Shown here: positions 10,482 to 22,532 of the stretch, one piece after another
Layout: every line of letters begins with the position of its first letter
Numbering within the stretch: the first letter of the stretch is position 1
Source: Podospora anserina
Lineage: Eukaryota
Length of the DNA stretch: 64,000 bases
Reading direction: 5' to 3'
Assembly (NCBI GenBank): GCA_017654855.1
Contig: CM030333.1
Coordinates: forward strand, 310,001 to 374,000
Made by a program: the position numbers and the translations under genes
Notes under the pieces: model-generated
What the model saw: only the letters and a program-made list of their open reading frames with translations
Database searches by the model: none
Told to the model about the DNA's origin: nothing

Positions 10482-11919
10482 ATGTCACACCCACGGCGAA
10501 CTCCCGCTGGCACTCCACGGGCCCAGTCTATTGGCTTTGAGAAGCGGACGCGGAGCGAATGTGGTTTTGATGATGTCGAGTCGTCGCTGGCCCCATTTGG
10601 CGTTTCGGCGTCCCAAACACACCAGGGCAATCTCACCAAAATCCTCTCTTACCTTGGCTCTCGAAACCCGTTCCCTGCCCAGATAGGCAAGGACGATATT
10701 GTGTGGCTGCTGGACAATGTTGCCTTTCGAGCCCAGAATGGGAACTGGCATGCCGAGTTTGTCGCCGCCGCTTTTGACCACCAGGCCTCGCCCAAGTTGG
10801 TCGATCTCGTGGGCGACATCGCGTCCAGGGTTGGCTTGTCCAAAGGAGACAAGGAGGAAGCCACCATCGAGAAACGTATTGCCCCCTTCGTCATGGAGGT
10901 TTTGCCCGGGAGACAAGTAAACCTCAAGTTCGACAACGCTGCCGATATTCGTCTAGGGCCAGGCGGGAGGAATGGCATCAGCAGCGACGTTAGGAAGGTC
11001 ACAGATGGCCAAGAGGGGGCTGTCACCGTGTCCAAGGCTGTCGTCCCTCAGGGTGTCACCGGAATGCTTGAAATGAAGACTGTTTACGCGGAACCTGAGG
11101 GATGGGCCGTCATCTCAGGTATGTGATTTTCAATTGCCTACTCGGAATTGCAGGAGCATGGGAGAAGCTGACTCCAAACATGATGTGGCAGATGTCGATG
11201 ACACCATCAAGGTCACCCAGACGAGCAGCCCAGTGGGCATTCTACGCTCGACATTTGTTGTAAGTCAATCAACGGAGAAGAGCGCCAAGAGGTAGAGTTA
11301 GGAAAGACTCACCATTGCCTAGTCCCAACCCACACCAATTCAAGGCATGCCCGAGCTTTATGCCTACATCCAGACCATGGTGACAAGCTCAGCACCGTGG
11401 TTCTACCTTTCCGCTTCTCCCTACAACCTGTATCCCTTCCTTCGAAAGTTCAGGGATGATTACTTTCCGCACGGACAACTTATCCTGAGGGATTCCAATC
11501 TTATGACTATCTCGGGGCTGCTGTCCAATCTTACACTTGGTACTGAGAAATACAAGGTTGACCGAATTGAAAAAATCCATCGGTGGCTCCCACGACGGAA
11601 GATGATTCTCATCGGAGACTCGACGCAAAGCGACCCAGAGGCCTATGGAGACGCATGTAGGATGTTTCCAGGTTGGATAAAACTGATCCTTATTCGCAAG
11701 GTTGAAGATATTGCGGCTGTCGGGATTCACGAGAAGAATGATCCACAAAGGTTTGAAAAAGCCTTTGAGGACCTTCCCAGGTAAGACTACTGCCTGCTGA
11801 TCTTGGACAAGCATTCTGAGAGTAACTTCTAATTGAAAAACAGAGAGCTATGGCATGTGTTTGAGGATCCTGCCGAGTGCCAGGAGTTGATACATAAGAC
11901 GGTAACTGCTGGATTGTGA
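10482..11919 (+). CDS. APP1-family phosphatidate phosphatase (DUF2183); exons 10482-11118, 11192-11259, 11323-11780, 11844-11919
   Basis: Splicing restores the ISDVDDTIK (DxDxT) motif; FYLSASPYNLYP and IGDSTQSDPEAYG also present; three GT-AG introns keep the frame. Confidence 0.88.
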
Positions 11920-12163
11920 AGCGTTTCAGCGAGCGGCACAGGGAAGGACTTGGACTGCAGTGGGTGTTGTCCGCCTTTTATTACGTCACCATACCAAGTT
12001 GAGAAACATCTCGGAATAAGACCCCGCACCGCCTTGCTGCAACTCTTCCCGAGCATGTACCCCCGCTCTCATCCCCTCGGTGGAAGAACAAACCTGACCT
12101 CACTCTCACCATCTCTCCAGCAATATCCAATCTTACCGGAAGCGTGACCCCTAGCCAGTGACA

Positions 12164-13032
12164 ATGGCATCTGAAACCCCAGCCAAGCGACAAAAGTCTT
12201 CCAAGGATGTGCCATACCGTCTCATCTACTGGCCTGGGTTTCCCGGCCGCGGAGAACATATCCGTCTAGCGTTGGAAGAAGCCGGTGCTGAGTACGTCGA
12301 CACGGCCCACCTCGAGGATGGCATAAACGATGTTCTTGCATACAACAGTGGTGAGCAACCCAAGGACGAAACCAACATCCCGCTCTTTGCACCACCGATT
12401 CTGCAGCACGGAGACCTCGTCATCAGCCAGACACCCAATATTCTCTTGTATTTGGGGCCTCGTTTGGGGCTGGTGACCGACCTGGAAAATGATCCTGATG
12501 GGCTGTACAGGATCAACAGCCTTGTCCTCACAGCTCTTGATGGCTTGAGCAACGAGCCCCATGACTGCCACCACCCAATTGCCACAGGTCTGTACTATGA
12601 GGACCAAAAGGAGGAGAGCAAGAGAAAGGCCGAGGATTATGTCAAAAACAGGCTCCCCAAGTTCTTGGGGTATTTTCAACGTGTGTTGGAGTCAAAGGCC
12701 AGCGGCGACGGTCCGTGGCTCTATGGTGGAAAGTTGACATACGCAGACTTGGTCCTGTTCCAGGTACGTTGCACCACAAGAAATTGGTTCTCGTGCTTTG
12801 CGCGTGTTTTCTGACCCGGTTGCGTGTTTCACAGTGCTTGGACGGTTTGATGTTCATGTTTCCCAAGGCAACGACCAAGTTGGAGCGTGAGGGCAAATAT
12901 GGGAAGGTTTTTGCGCTTCATAAAGCTGTCGCGGAGCGTCCAAGGATCGAAAGCTATTTGGAGAGCTCACGGCGAGAGAAGTATTCCAACGGCATCTATA
13001 GATACTACGAGGAGTTGGATTTTGAAGGCTGA
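12164..13032 (+). CDS. Glutathione S-transferase; exons 12164-12763, 12835-13032
   Basis: LIYWPGFPGRGEHIRLALEEAG, FAPPIL, ISQTPNILLYLG, LTYADLVLFQ; GT-AG intron 12764-12834. Confidence 0.92.
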
Positions 13033-13447
13033 GTTTTGCTATTCTTGGATATGCGCTTGTATAAATGGAGACTGTGTAACAATTTCAACGCCAAGATGAT
13101 AAATGTTGGAGTTGGGAGATGGGTGTATATCGTGCCTGTGTCGTCAGCTGAATGATGACGTATTGATTTGACATCCATGATTCTATCTCTCCAGATATTG
13201 CTTCGCAAGCCCTAGTGTATTTCAGACCTAAGACCTTTTACTTTTTCAAGGCCGGAAATACCACCAAAGCTGTACAAGAACAATGCTCACTGTGCCGCCT
13301 GTACGTCTAAGATCCTCTTGGTTCACAGCAGCTGCCCGCCTTCATTGTATCACGCTCCGCCTGGCCGACCATTCATCCCGTCAAATACACGCACCCCGGC
13401 CTACCCTGAATACAGTTCGTCCCGTATTGGGCTCGACAAGAAACAAA

Positions 13448-13997
13448 ATGCCGCCGTTTCCAAAGCCCAACGAAGAGCCACCTGCGCACAGGATGGTGTA
13501 CTTTCCTGACATGACGACGGCGTTGCCGTCCGAATCAGGAGAGTTTCGTCGTGTGCTTTGGACAGGACTGTACTCGCAGGTTGTCCTCATGACGGTGCCG
13601 GTAGGAGGTGACATAGGGGAAGAGGCATGTATTACCTCACAGTGCCGTCTTGGTCGGGGTGAGTGGGTGCTAACGACAGCCGAGGCAGATTCACACGGTG
13701 GATCAGATCCTCACCTTCACTTCAGGCAGAGGTCTTGCACAGGTTGGAGGAGAGGAGCGGGATATCAAAGCCGGGGACATGGTCGTCGTGCCTGCGGGGA
13801 CCAAGCACCAGTTTCTCAATACTGGTCCTAACCCGCTCATTTTGTACACCGTCTACTCGCCTGCGGAGCACAAGGCCACCACTGTGCACAAGACCAAGAA
13901 AGAAGGAGACAAGGCCGAGGAGGAGGGACGGGACGAGCCTCCTGTCTGGAGCCAGCGGAGCAAGCAGGAGAATGAGGAGGATCGTCCAGTGGGCTGA
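13448..13997 (+). CDS. Cupin-2 domain protein; exons 13448-13624, 13689-13997 (GC-AG intron); possible upstream start at 13283
   Basis: FRRVLWTGLYSQVVLM..GGDIGEE|IHTVDQILTF...GDMVVVPAGTKHQFLNTG are cupin motifs 1 and 2. Confidence 0.88.
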
Positions 13998-14318
13998 TGA
14001 TGTGCAGGTATTGCATGAAAGTGCTGGTGGTTTCGTTAGGGGCACTGTATGTCAAACTGGATAAGCATGACACTTTTATAAGCTTTATACACTGCTATGA
14101 GTTTGAAGAGACGGTGTTGTGTGATGTTTGTATAAACCTGCCCATCAGGGGGTTATTGCGTGTCCCCTGCCCAAGATGACATTTCATTATGATTGACGTC
14201 ACATAACGCCAATGGAAGACATTAAATCAAAACTGAACGAGGAAAGTCAAAAATGTGTACATGTTGTTCTATCAATTCAAATTTATTGTACATCCTGGAC
14301 TGTCAGTCCATTCTTGAA

Positions 14319-17138
14319 TTACTCCAAATCGCCAACGGTAATCTCAAACTCCCCAGTGAGCGGCTGCTCAACCTCCACCGTCGTCTCGACCGTCTCATCT
14401 CTCTTGCGCTTGCCAGCTCCAATGACGGTGACCTTGGTGATCTTGACCTTGGTCTGGAAGCCAAACTTGCCCTTGGCCGTCAAGACACCGCGGGCGTAGC
14501 GGAAAGTAATCTCGGTAGTGCCCTTCTGCTCGACGCTAACACCGTCATCAAGGTAGAGAGTACCTGTGGCAGTGCCATCGGCACCAACGGGCACGAGAAG
14601 CTCAAAGTTCTGCTCGCGGACCCCGGTGGTGGTCATGGCCGACTTGACGCGGGCTGGAACAATAACACCGCCCCGGAGGAAGAGGGGAATGTCGGACAGA
14701 CCTTGATTCGCGAGGCGGATGGTGCGACCTTGACCCTGGATCTTCTTGTGGGTGTAGAAATCATAGAAGATATCCTTGGGGAGGTACACCTCGACGCTGG
14801 TGGAGCCCTCCTGGGTGACAGGTGCCACGAGGAGGCCAGGGCCATAGAAGTACTGGTTCTCAAGGCCGAACGTGTTGGCGTCGTTGGGGTACAGGTAGAA
14901 GACGGGGTTGATGAGGGGGGTGCCGTCAACGGTCTGCTTGTGCATGGCGGTATAGATGTAATCGAGAAGGCGGTAGCGGATATCAATGGCCTTGCGGGCG
15001 GCCTTGGTAACGCTCTCCCAGCGGTAGAACTCCTGCGAGATGGCAGGGGGGTACTCGTTGTGGTTGCGGTAGAACGGAGCGAAGGCACCAAGGGTGGCCC
15101 AGCGGGCGCAGAGCTCCTCCGTGGTCGAGCCAGCGAAACCGCACACATCAGCACCGACCATGGGAACCTGGTAGATGGCGGCAAATGCCATCATGGCTCG
15201 GATGGTTCCGCGATAAGCAGCCCAGTCGGCAACGTTGTCTCCCAGCCACTTGCCGACTGAAGCGCCGGCGCCGGCAAAGGTGGAACGAGTGATGACCAGG
15301 GGGCGAAGACCGGGACGTCTGGCAAGCATGGCATCGCTGGAAAAGGTTGACATCATGGAGCCGTAAAGGTTATGGACATCGTACTCGGCGAGGCCGTTCT
15401 CGTGAATGGTGTTTGTGTTCACGGTCTTGTTGGAGATGCCGCCCTTGTCAGCGTTCCACGAATCCATGTAGGCGGCCTTGTTGTGGATGGAATACTTGGG
15501 GAACAACAGGTCACGACCGGGAAGACCCTTCCACTTGGTCACGGGACCGGCGTGGGGGTTGCTGAGGGGGACAACATCCCGAGCAGCTGGAGCCGCGATC
15601 TGGGGCACTTCATCGCGCTTGCACTGGGTGCCCTCTGGCTGGAATTCACACGGCCAGCCTGGGAGAGGGCGCTCGGAGTGGCTGCGCACAGGTGGCGGGG
15701 TGGGCGGGAAACCGACGGCAGCCGCGAAGGGATCGCTGCAGGGGAAGAAGCAGGGGAAATTGGAGGGCTCGTTCATGTCGATCCAGAGGCCGTCGATATC
15801 GACACCGGTGTCTCTGGAGAAGAACAGAGAAAACTCGTTGTTCCAGTACGTGGTAATGTTCGAAGAGAACCAGTCAGGAAAGACGGAGACACCAGGCCAG
15901 ACGACACCAAGATACTCGGATCCGTTGTCGCGCTTGAGAAAGATGCTGTCCTCGACACCACGATGATAAGCAGGATAATCGGCGTATCCGACAGCGGGAT
16001 CGACCATCACGATGTATTTCTGCTGGTTCTTGTGGAGGTGGTCAACAAGACTTCGGTAGACGGGCATCGGGAACCTCTCGGGGTCGTTGGAAAATACCCT
16101 TCTCTGGTCCATGTAGTCGATATCTGTCCACATGACCTCGAGGGGAATCTGGGCTTGGCTGTAGTTGTATACTACCTCGGCGACCTCATAGATGTCACGG
16201 TAGCCATACCTGCAGTTGTGGTAACCCAGACCCCAGTACGGCATCATGGCGGGGAGTCCCGCGACCTCGGCATACTGGCGCGCAACGTCGATCGGGGTTG
16301 GGCCGGCCATGAAGTAAAAGTCAAACACGCCTCCGATGGTGTTGTACTCGAGGAACTGTCCTGATTTGTTCTTGTCGATCTTGATGTCCATGCCGTTGGA
16401 GTTGAGGAAAAAGACGCCGTGAGTGCCCGTCTTCCTGTGCTCGTAGTACACGGGATGGCTGCCATACAAATTTGCCCCCTCAGGCGTGGCAAACGAGTCC
16501 TGGGACCACATCGTGCGGATGTAGTTGGTGGTATTGAGACGGAACGGATCCCAGTGCTCACCGAGGCCATACAGGTTGGGGTTGTTGGGAAGCTTGGTTC
16601 TCAGGCGCAGGTACTGGGACTCGAAGACGAGGGGGGCGGCGGATGTGTCAAACAGAACCTCACCGGTCTTGCGCCGGACGACTGAGAACGAAAAGGGATT
16701 CGTCTTGTACTTGAACTCCAACACCGACCGCTTAGCGTTCGATCCAGAGCCCTTGGGACGAGGAAACACAGATTCCGGGACCTGGAAGACAGCATCGTTG
16801 GTGTCCTGAATCTTGACGTGGATGCGGTTATCTGGCGGGCTGTTAGTGGGAGGAAGAGATGGGCGCCGGGAGTTTTGAAGAGATGCAGGACACTTACCAG
16901 TCTCGTAGGTGACCTCGAGACGGAGTTTCTCCAAGTCCGTTCCGTAGGTGTTGCACGCGCGACCGGCCAGCGACAGGTCGGCCGTGAGCCCGGATGAGGT
17001 GGTCTTGACGTTGGAGGCTTTGTAGCCAGGGCACTCGCTCAAAGGGCGTTCGACAGTGACAGCGACAGCCTTGGGCGCGATGGCGGCCGAGCTGAGCCCG
17101 GCCAACAGCCCGAGACCCAGAAGACGAGGTCCGATCAT
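14319..17138 (-). CDS. Secreted GH31 alpha-glucosidase; intron 16832-16897
   Basis: Signal peptide; [27 protein letters not shown] (nucleophile), WLGDN (acid/base), GADVCGF, PFYRNHN; the 66-nt GTAAGT..CAG intron restores ETDNRIH. Confidence 0.95.
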   Translation of the reverse strand: MIGPRLLGLGLLAGLSSAAIAPKAVAVTVERPLSECPGYKASNVKTTSSGLTADLSLAGRACNTYGTDLEKLRLEVTYETGKCPASLQNSRRPSLPPTNSPPDNRIHVKIQDTNDAVFQVPESVFPRPKGSGSNAKRSVLEFKYKTNPFSFSVVRRKTGEVLFDTSAAPLVFESQYLRLRTKLPNNPNLYGLGEHWDPFRLNTTNYIRTMWSQDSFATPEGANLYGSHPVYYEHRKTGTHGVFFLNSNGMDIKIDKNKSGQFLEYNTIGGVFDFYFMAGPTPIDVARQYAEVAGLPAMMPYWGLGYHNCRYGYRDIYEVAEVVYNYSQAQIPLEVMWTDIDYMDQRRVFSNDPERFPMPVYRSLVDHLHKNQQKYIVMVDPAVGYADYPAYHRGVEDSIFLKRDNGSEYLGVVWPGVSVFPDWFSSNITTYWNNEFSLFFSRDTGVDIDGLWIDMNEPSNFPCFFPCSDPFAAAVGFPPTPPPVRSHSERPLPGWPCEFQPEGTQCKRDEVPQIAAPAARDVVPLSNPHAGPVTKWKGLPGRDLLFPKYSIHNKAAYMDSWNADKGGISNKTVNTNTIHENGLAEYDVHNLYGSMMSTFSSDAMLARRPGLRPLVITRSTFAGAGASVGKWLGDNVADWAAYRGTIRAMMAFAAIYQVPMVGADVCGFAGSTTEELCARWATLGAFAPFYRNHNEYPPAISQEFYRWESVTKAARKAIDIRYRLLDYIYTAMHKQTVDGTPLINPVFYLYPNDANTFGLENQYFYGPGLLVAPVTQEGSTSVEVYLPKDIFYDFYTHKKIQGQGRTIRLANQGLSDIPLFLRGGVIVPARVKSAMTTTGVREQNFELLVPVGADGTATGTLYLDDGVSVEQKGTTEITFRYARGVLTAKGKFGFQTKVKITKVTVIGAGKRKRDETVETTVEVEQPLTGEFEITVGDLE

Positions 17139-17621
17139 GTTGTCCCTCTGGCACGTAGGATATTCACACGGACAGCGGCACCTAGGAGGTTGACCATTGG
17201 AACGGCAAGTAAGGGGTTGGGAGCGCTATTTATCCCCGCGAGGGATGTGGATGCACACATCTACATCACAAGCCCACCACCCCGCATTCTGGTTCTGCGG
17301 TGCTCGGTCATGGCAACCACGGATCATGGTGACACTGCTGTCGATCCCATCTACGCCATTCTTCCACTCTCCCCTGTCGATTAACCATATGGCAGGGAGT
17401 TGCGGTGCGCTCCGTCACGAAGAAACTCCGCAGTGTGGACAGAGGAGGTCCATCGCGGTCTTGACAGGACCTCCGAATGGCAAGGCAAAAGGGCCGTTTG
17501 ACAACTCAAGCCAGCGACATACAGCAGTATGTGATGTTGGTGAAGCTTGGCACCTAGTCTCTTCACCGGCTCTGCCCAACGTCTTCAACCTGGACGGCAA
17601 GGTGTGGTGGAGCGAGAAGGC

Positions 17622-17636
17622 CCGCTTCTTCCCCGG
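17622..17636 (-). promoter_or_regulatory. Putative AmyR/COL-26-type CGG-N8-CGG site overlapping a CreA/CRE-1 SYGGRG site in the GH31 promoter
   Basis: Minus strand CGG-GGAAGAAG-CGG (17622-17635) and CCGGGG (17631-17636); more SYGGRG matches at 17234, 17425, 17703, 17827, 17836. Confidence 0.5.
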
Positions 17637-18469
17637 CCGGTACGGAGTATGACATGGTGAGCGACGGTCAACAGCCGTTCTTCTTCCCCAGACCAGCTTT
17701 CTCCCCGCACCATATTTGCTTCGATTGGCTTGTCCCCCCGAGTCTGGTAGGATTGGAGGTGGAGCCATCCCCCGGCCCGACAAGAAAACCGTTGTGCCAT
17801 GCACGCCATAAAGGGCCGAATGCGGGCTGGAGAAGCCCCGGCTAGAGCCATGTCCATCACCATCCCGACCGGCCGCGCCAAGTTGCTGCAGGGCGGCGGT
17901 AGCTTCATCTCGTTGTGGCCCCTGCTGCCGTGTTATTCGCTCTGATGGCCAGTTGGTTCAGCGATTGACGGAGAAGCTAAAGCAGGATCGAGCGAATGTA
18001 GATGGAAATGTTTAGGGCGACCGAAAGACGTGGAATTTAATTGTGTGGTGGTCCCTGAATTGACAAACTGCCGTGCTGGTGAAGGGATAGTAGACACAAC
18101 GGATTTACGTCGCTAGTAAGATCGAGCTCTGCCAGCTCAAATGATCCCATAAAACCCCCTTGACCCTTCCAGTAAATACACTCCATGTTGGGGGGAGGGG
18201 GGCTCGACGTCAACAGGTCAGCCCACCGCCCGATGTGCTGGACAACCCAAAGGCTTCCTACAGTAAAAGACCCCAAATCCCTGCGCTCAATGCCAGCCTT
18301 GATTTGTATTCCGACCCTGCCCTGGACCCCCTAGGACAAAACAAAATGTACCAAATCGCCTTCTTGTTATACATGCCTTCATAAGCGGTGTCTTGATATT
18401 CGTTCCAGAAATAGAAGATGCTGCGAGTTTCGCCTGCATACCGACTTTTGCGAAAAAAGGAAAACCCAT

Positions 18470-21261
18470 TCAATCCACCTCCATATCGTCAGCCATCGGC
18501 AACGTTATCGCTACAGTGATAGACGGGTCTTCGTCCTCCCTCTTCCCACCATCTACCAAAAAAGAGTTGTTGGTATTGCTGTTGCTGCTGCCGCTGCCGT
18601 TGCCGTGACCGTTGGAGTCCCTCTCAGCAACCCCGTTTCCATTCCCATTCCCACTTGTAAGCTTGTATTCCCCGTCCTCCAGTCGTTCAATGATACCTTC
18701 CTCCAGCGCCCAATCAGACAGTAGGCTGTCAACGCCCATTTGCTGGGCCTCACCCTTTTCCATGTGGCGGCCGACGTGTTCGGTCCACTCATCCCAGGAC
18801 CCGGGTCCTTCAAAAACACTTTGGCAGTCTTGTTTCGGACAGGCCGAGCGTTGTGGTGGTTGCCTCCTCGTCACCAAACAAGAGGCCTGCATTTCCTTGA
18901 CATGAGTTTCCCATTCCACTTGCAGTTTGCTGTCGCCCTTGGCGATGGACTTCTTGATGGCGAACGGAGCATGCATCCGCCGAAGATGTTGCGTGAACAA
19001 GTCCTTGCGGTTGAACTCGTTGCCTTTGCCATCGGGACTGCTCTGCGGACAAGAAGAGCATCGATAATACTGTAGACACAGATGCTGGGATGCGATGTGC
19101 CTCTTCCACTCATTTTTGGAGCCAAATGTGCTCGGGCAGCCGGCGAAGGAGAAGGCACAAGGAAAGGGTCTTGTGTGGGCGGCAGCGACATGCTTTCGGA
19201 GCGACGAGGAATCCTTGAAAGGTGCATGACTGCAGAGGTCACAAAGGGTATCCTGCTTGGGAGTTTGTTTCTGCAGGGGCCTCCGAGCTTTGGACTTAGC
19301 GGTAGGAGTCCCATATTCGGGGGCATATTGAATCTCGTCGGCCGTTGGCCCAGCCACTTCAACTGGGGGCGATCCGGGATCGCCGGCATGTCGCACGGCG
19401 ATGCTGTCGCCTATTCGTGTGTTTGAGGGATCGTGGGCCGATAGGCCGTCATCACTAACGTGACGGACGTGGCTCAGTGCTTTGAGCTGCTCTGCCGCTT
19501 CTTTCATTTCAGCTGATTCCTCCACCTCTTCCTGGGGGACAGCGGAAGGCTGCTGGCCTTGGGGTGCCGGAGGTGGCGCTGATATCGCCCCCCCGTTGAC
19601 CACTGCCGGTTGTGAACGTGAATCCGCCTGACGCCCCGGTGTTTCCTGTTGAATGGGGACGAACTGAGCCACAGCTTGCTCGCGCCGAGTAGCGGATGGA
19701 CTACCCTTTGCAGGTGGGCGGGCTTCGAACGCCGTGCGGTTCTCATCTAGCTCTTTTGGCTGCAGCGAACCGTTGGCAGCCTGATTTACCAGTCGCTCGT
19801 AGAGGTGGATCATATTATGTGACCCAATGGAGCCCAGGAAGCAGCACACCTTGTCGTGCTGAACAACATTCCACACGCTGTTGGGCATGGATATGAGAAG
19901 CATCGTGGGAGGGCCCAGGAACATGCCTTCCACCTTGATTTTTGACGCTGCAGGAGGCGTGTTGTGAAGCCACTGATTAAAAAACGCCATGTCGGGACTC
20001 GCGTCGCCAACAAACGTGGTACACACCAAGACTCTTGGTTCGTCAAACGTCAGGCCCATCACCTCCTCAGAGCTCAAGGGCCGGTCGTCACGGCCGGACT
20101 TCCACGTACCCTGAAGATCCGTGTCTGCAGACTGGGGAGGCGACTGAAGCTGGGCGGCTTTGGGGTCCAGAGGTACCAGAATGATTCCATGCCCCCTAGT
20201 GTGGGTAAGCGTAAACAAAGCAGGTATCCTTTCATGGGCCACGGGTTGCTTGCTGGCCCCGTTGGCCAGTCTGGCCAGAGCTTGTGCGCTCTCATGCTGT
20301 CTTTGTTGTCGAAGATCCTCGAATAATCGTTGAGCACTAAAAGGGCGATTCGTGAGACTCAGCTTGTGAAGTGTGTCGGTCAGAGAGGCGGTAAATGAGC
20401 GAGGGCCGGGCTCAAAGGGGGTCTGCTCTGGGGTGTATGCCGCAATGGCTTGCTTGGCTACGTTGCTCCCAGCCATGGGCGCATTGGGGATGGCACATGA
20501 GTCAAGGAGGAGCAGTATTTCGGACTGTGCATCCTCAAACAGGCACCGGACACCGTCCCACTTCAGCTTGGCAGCATCCTCACGAGCATTGCTAGAGCAG
20601 AGTATTAGCACATCGAGACCCCAGCATCGAGACCTTTGATAACCTACCAGGCCCAGTACAGCTGGTTGTCGGAACCAACATAGCCATGGCCAGCATAATA
20701 TATAATCAAGAGATGATCTGGGCGGGCATTGTCCAGAAACGAGGCCATCTGAACACCGAGCTTGATGCTTGGATTTGGAACCGTGGGGATTGCCCACTTG
20801 TCAGTGTGATAGTTGTAACGCTCAATAAACACCTTTTCCAACGCCAGCAGGTCCTGCTCCACCGAAGTGTCATCCTCCCATCGCAGCATGAGCACCGACA
20901 CGCTGGTATGCTGTGGCTTCAGTGTTTGCTGGTGGATGTGCATGGCGGCATCTTGGAGATGCCGAGCAAAAGCCTCGAACTCGTGCCGCTCGGGTGGCGG
21001 CGCAACAGTCTCGGTGGGCGCATAGTGAGGAGGCGGAAGCTGTCGACACCGTTAGTGCTCCGGCGGGCAGGTGAACAAGGGCGACGGGATACGCACCTGT
21101 TCTTGGGGGAAACCGTGTGGCGGAGGCTGCGCCTGAGTATGTGGAGGTGCTGGAGCCGGGACCGGGACCGGGACCGGGACGGACGCCGGAGCGTGAGGAG
21201 GCAGGACGGGTGGATCGGCGACTTTGGGGGCAAGCCTCCGGCGTTTGGAAGAAGGCTCCAT
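18470..21261 (-). CDS. Caspase-like (peptidase C14-type) domain fused to C-terminal C2H2 zinc fingers; exons 21097-21261, 20648-21039, 18470-20591
   Basis: N-terminal NLS-like KRRR; VSVLMLRWEDD...LLIIYYAGHG...ILLLLDSC; fingers CDLC..H..H, CAFSFAGC..H..H, CSSC..H..H, CPKQDC..H..H; two GT-AG introns keep the frame. Confidence 0.85.
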
Positions 21262-21949
21262 GGTGGTGGTGGTGATGGTGGTGGTGCACGAGGACGACTG
21301 TTGGGCGAAAGCACGGGGCCCAGGCGCAACAGCCAGAGACCCAAAAGACACGGCAATCCGATGTGTGTGCCGCCTTTGCGGTGGTCTTAGAGAATGAGAG
21401 ATACCAAGAGCTGAGATGGTGGGGAGCAACCGAAGGGCCCAATGGTTCGGCAGCGTTCAAAGGTGCGGTAGTAGAGACGAATTGATAGCGACAGCGTCAA
21501 CAACAGCGACAACAGCAGACGGCGTGGTGGGTGCGGGAGGAGAAAGGCGGGCAGGAAGAATGAGGTTTGAGGCCGCACCGTCGGGGGGTGGGATGGGATA
21601 GGATAGGATAGGTGGGCGAGCGACACACACACGCACACCTCTCACACACACAGTAAGGCTGTGCTGAGCTGGAAAAGGACCACTCGGCTCTGGATTAGCC
21701 TTGTGGCAGGGCCATGGCGCTATATGATTGGCTGGCGGTGGCTTGTCCTAGATGGAGCCGGCAAGGAGGGGGAGCGGGGCTGCAACTCTGCCTTGCGGCC
21801 AGTCACAGGCCGCCACAAGAGCGCTCGAGCCACCCGGCATGTGTGATCAGCTGGCAAGGTCTGGCAAAGACTTGGCTTGGGCTTGGGATTGGGCTTGGTT
21901 CTCCTCCAACCTTGTCACTTCTTCTCGTCTCTCTCATCCTCAGCGTTAG

Positions 21950-22051
21950 CTGTGTTGTCTGTTGTCTGTTTCTCTTGTGCTTGTTGTGTTGTATTGTGTT
22001 GTGTTGTGCTGTGTTGTGTTGAGTGTGAGTGTGTGTGAGTGTGTGTGTGCG
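21950..22051. repeat. (TTGTG)n and (GT)n simple repeats in the intergenic region upstream of the C2H2 gene
   Basis: ttgtgttgtattgtgttgtgttgtg...gtgtgagtgtgtgtg. Confidence 0.7.
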
Positions 22052-22532
22052 CATGTTAAACAGGTGGAATGAAGCACTATGTAAGGTAATAAGTAGTGTG
22101 TAGGTATGTACGATGGATTGGATTCTCCTCGTTTCCCATAGACCCATCCCCCCCCGGTGGCACTGTTTATTACAGCACCAGCCTGGAGCCAGATCGAATT
22201 TATCTATCCGTTGCATGCATGCGTCTCTGCCCAACTGCCTTTTCTCGCTCGCCTTGCTGCTACAGGCGGGCTTGGTCTGGCTGCTCGTTCTGCGACGGCG
22301 CCTTCTTATTCGCCTCGTAGCTCGACCAAAAGAGACAAATCAGGCCAGCAAATGGGGCCATCCATGGTCATGCAAGACGAGGCCGGATCCTGACCAAAGC
22401 TGCAGTCTTGCAGGCTCTTCGGCCTTCTCATTGGCGCCTGTCAGCCTTCTGCAGCACGCTGCCTGCAGCACTTGATTGGCACAGGTCAGCCATTCACCAC
22501 CTGACTGCCAAGGTAGAGGACGGTACCTATCT

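Noticed and set aside
14253..16364. Long plus-strand ORFs (335 and 330 aa)
   Set aside because: Antisense shadows of the codon-biased GH31 gene with no motifs of their own
16832..16897. 22-aa insertion in the GH31 ORF translation
   Set aside because: It is a stop-free 66-nt intron with GTAAGT donor, CTAAC branch and CAG acceptor
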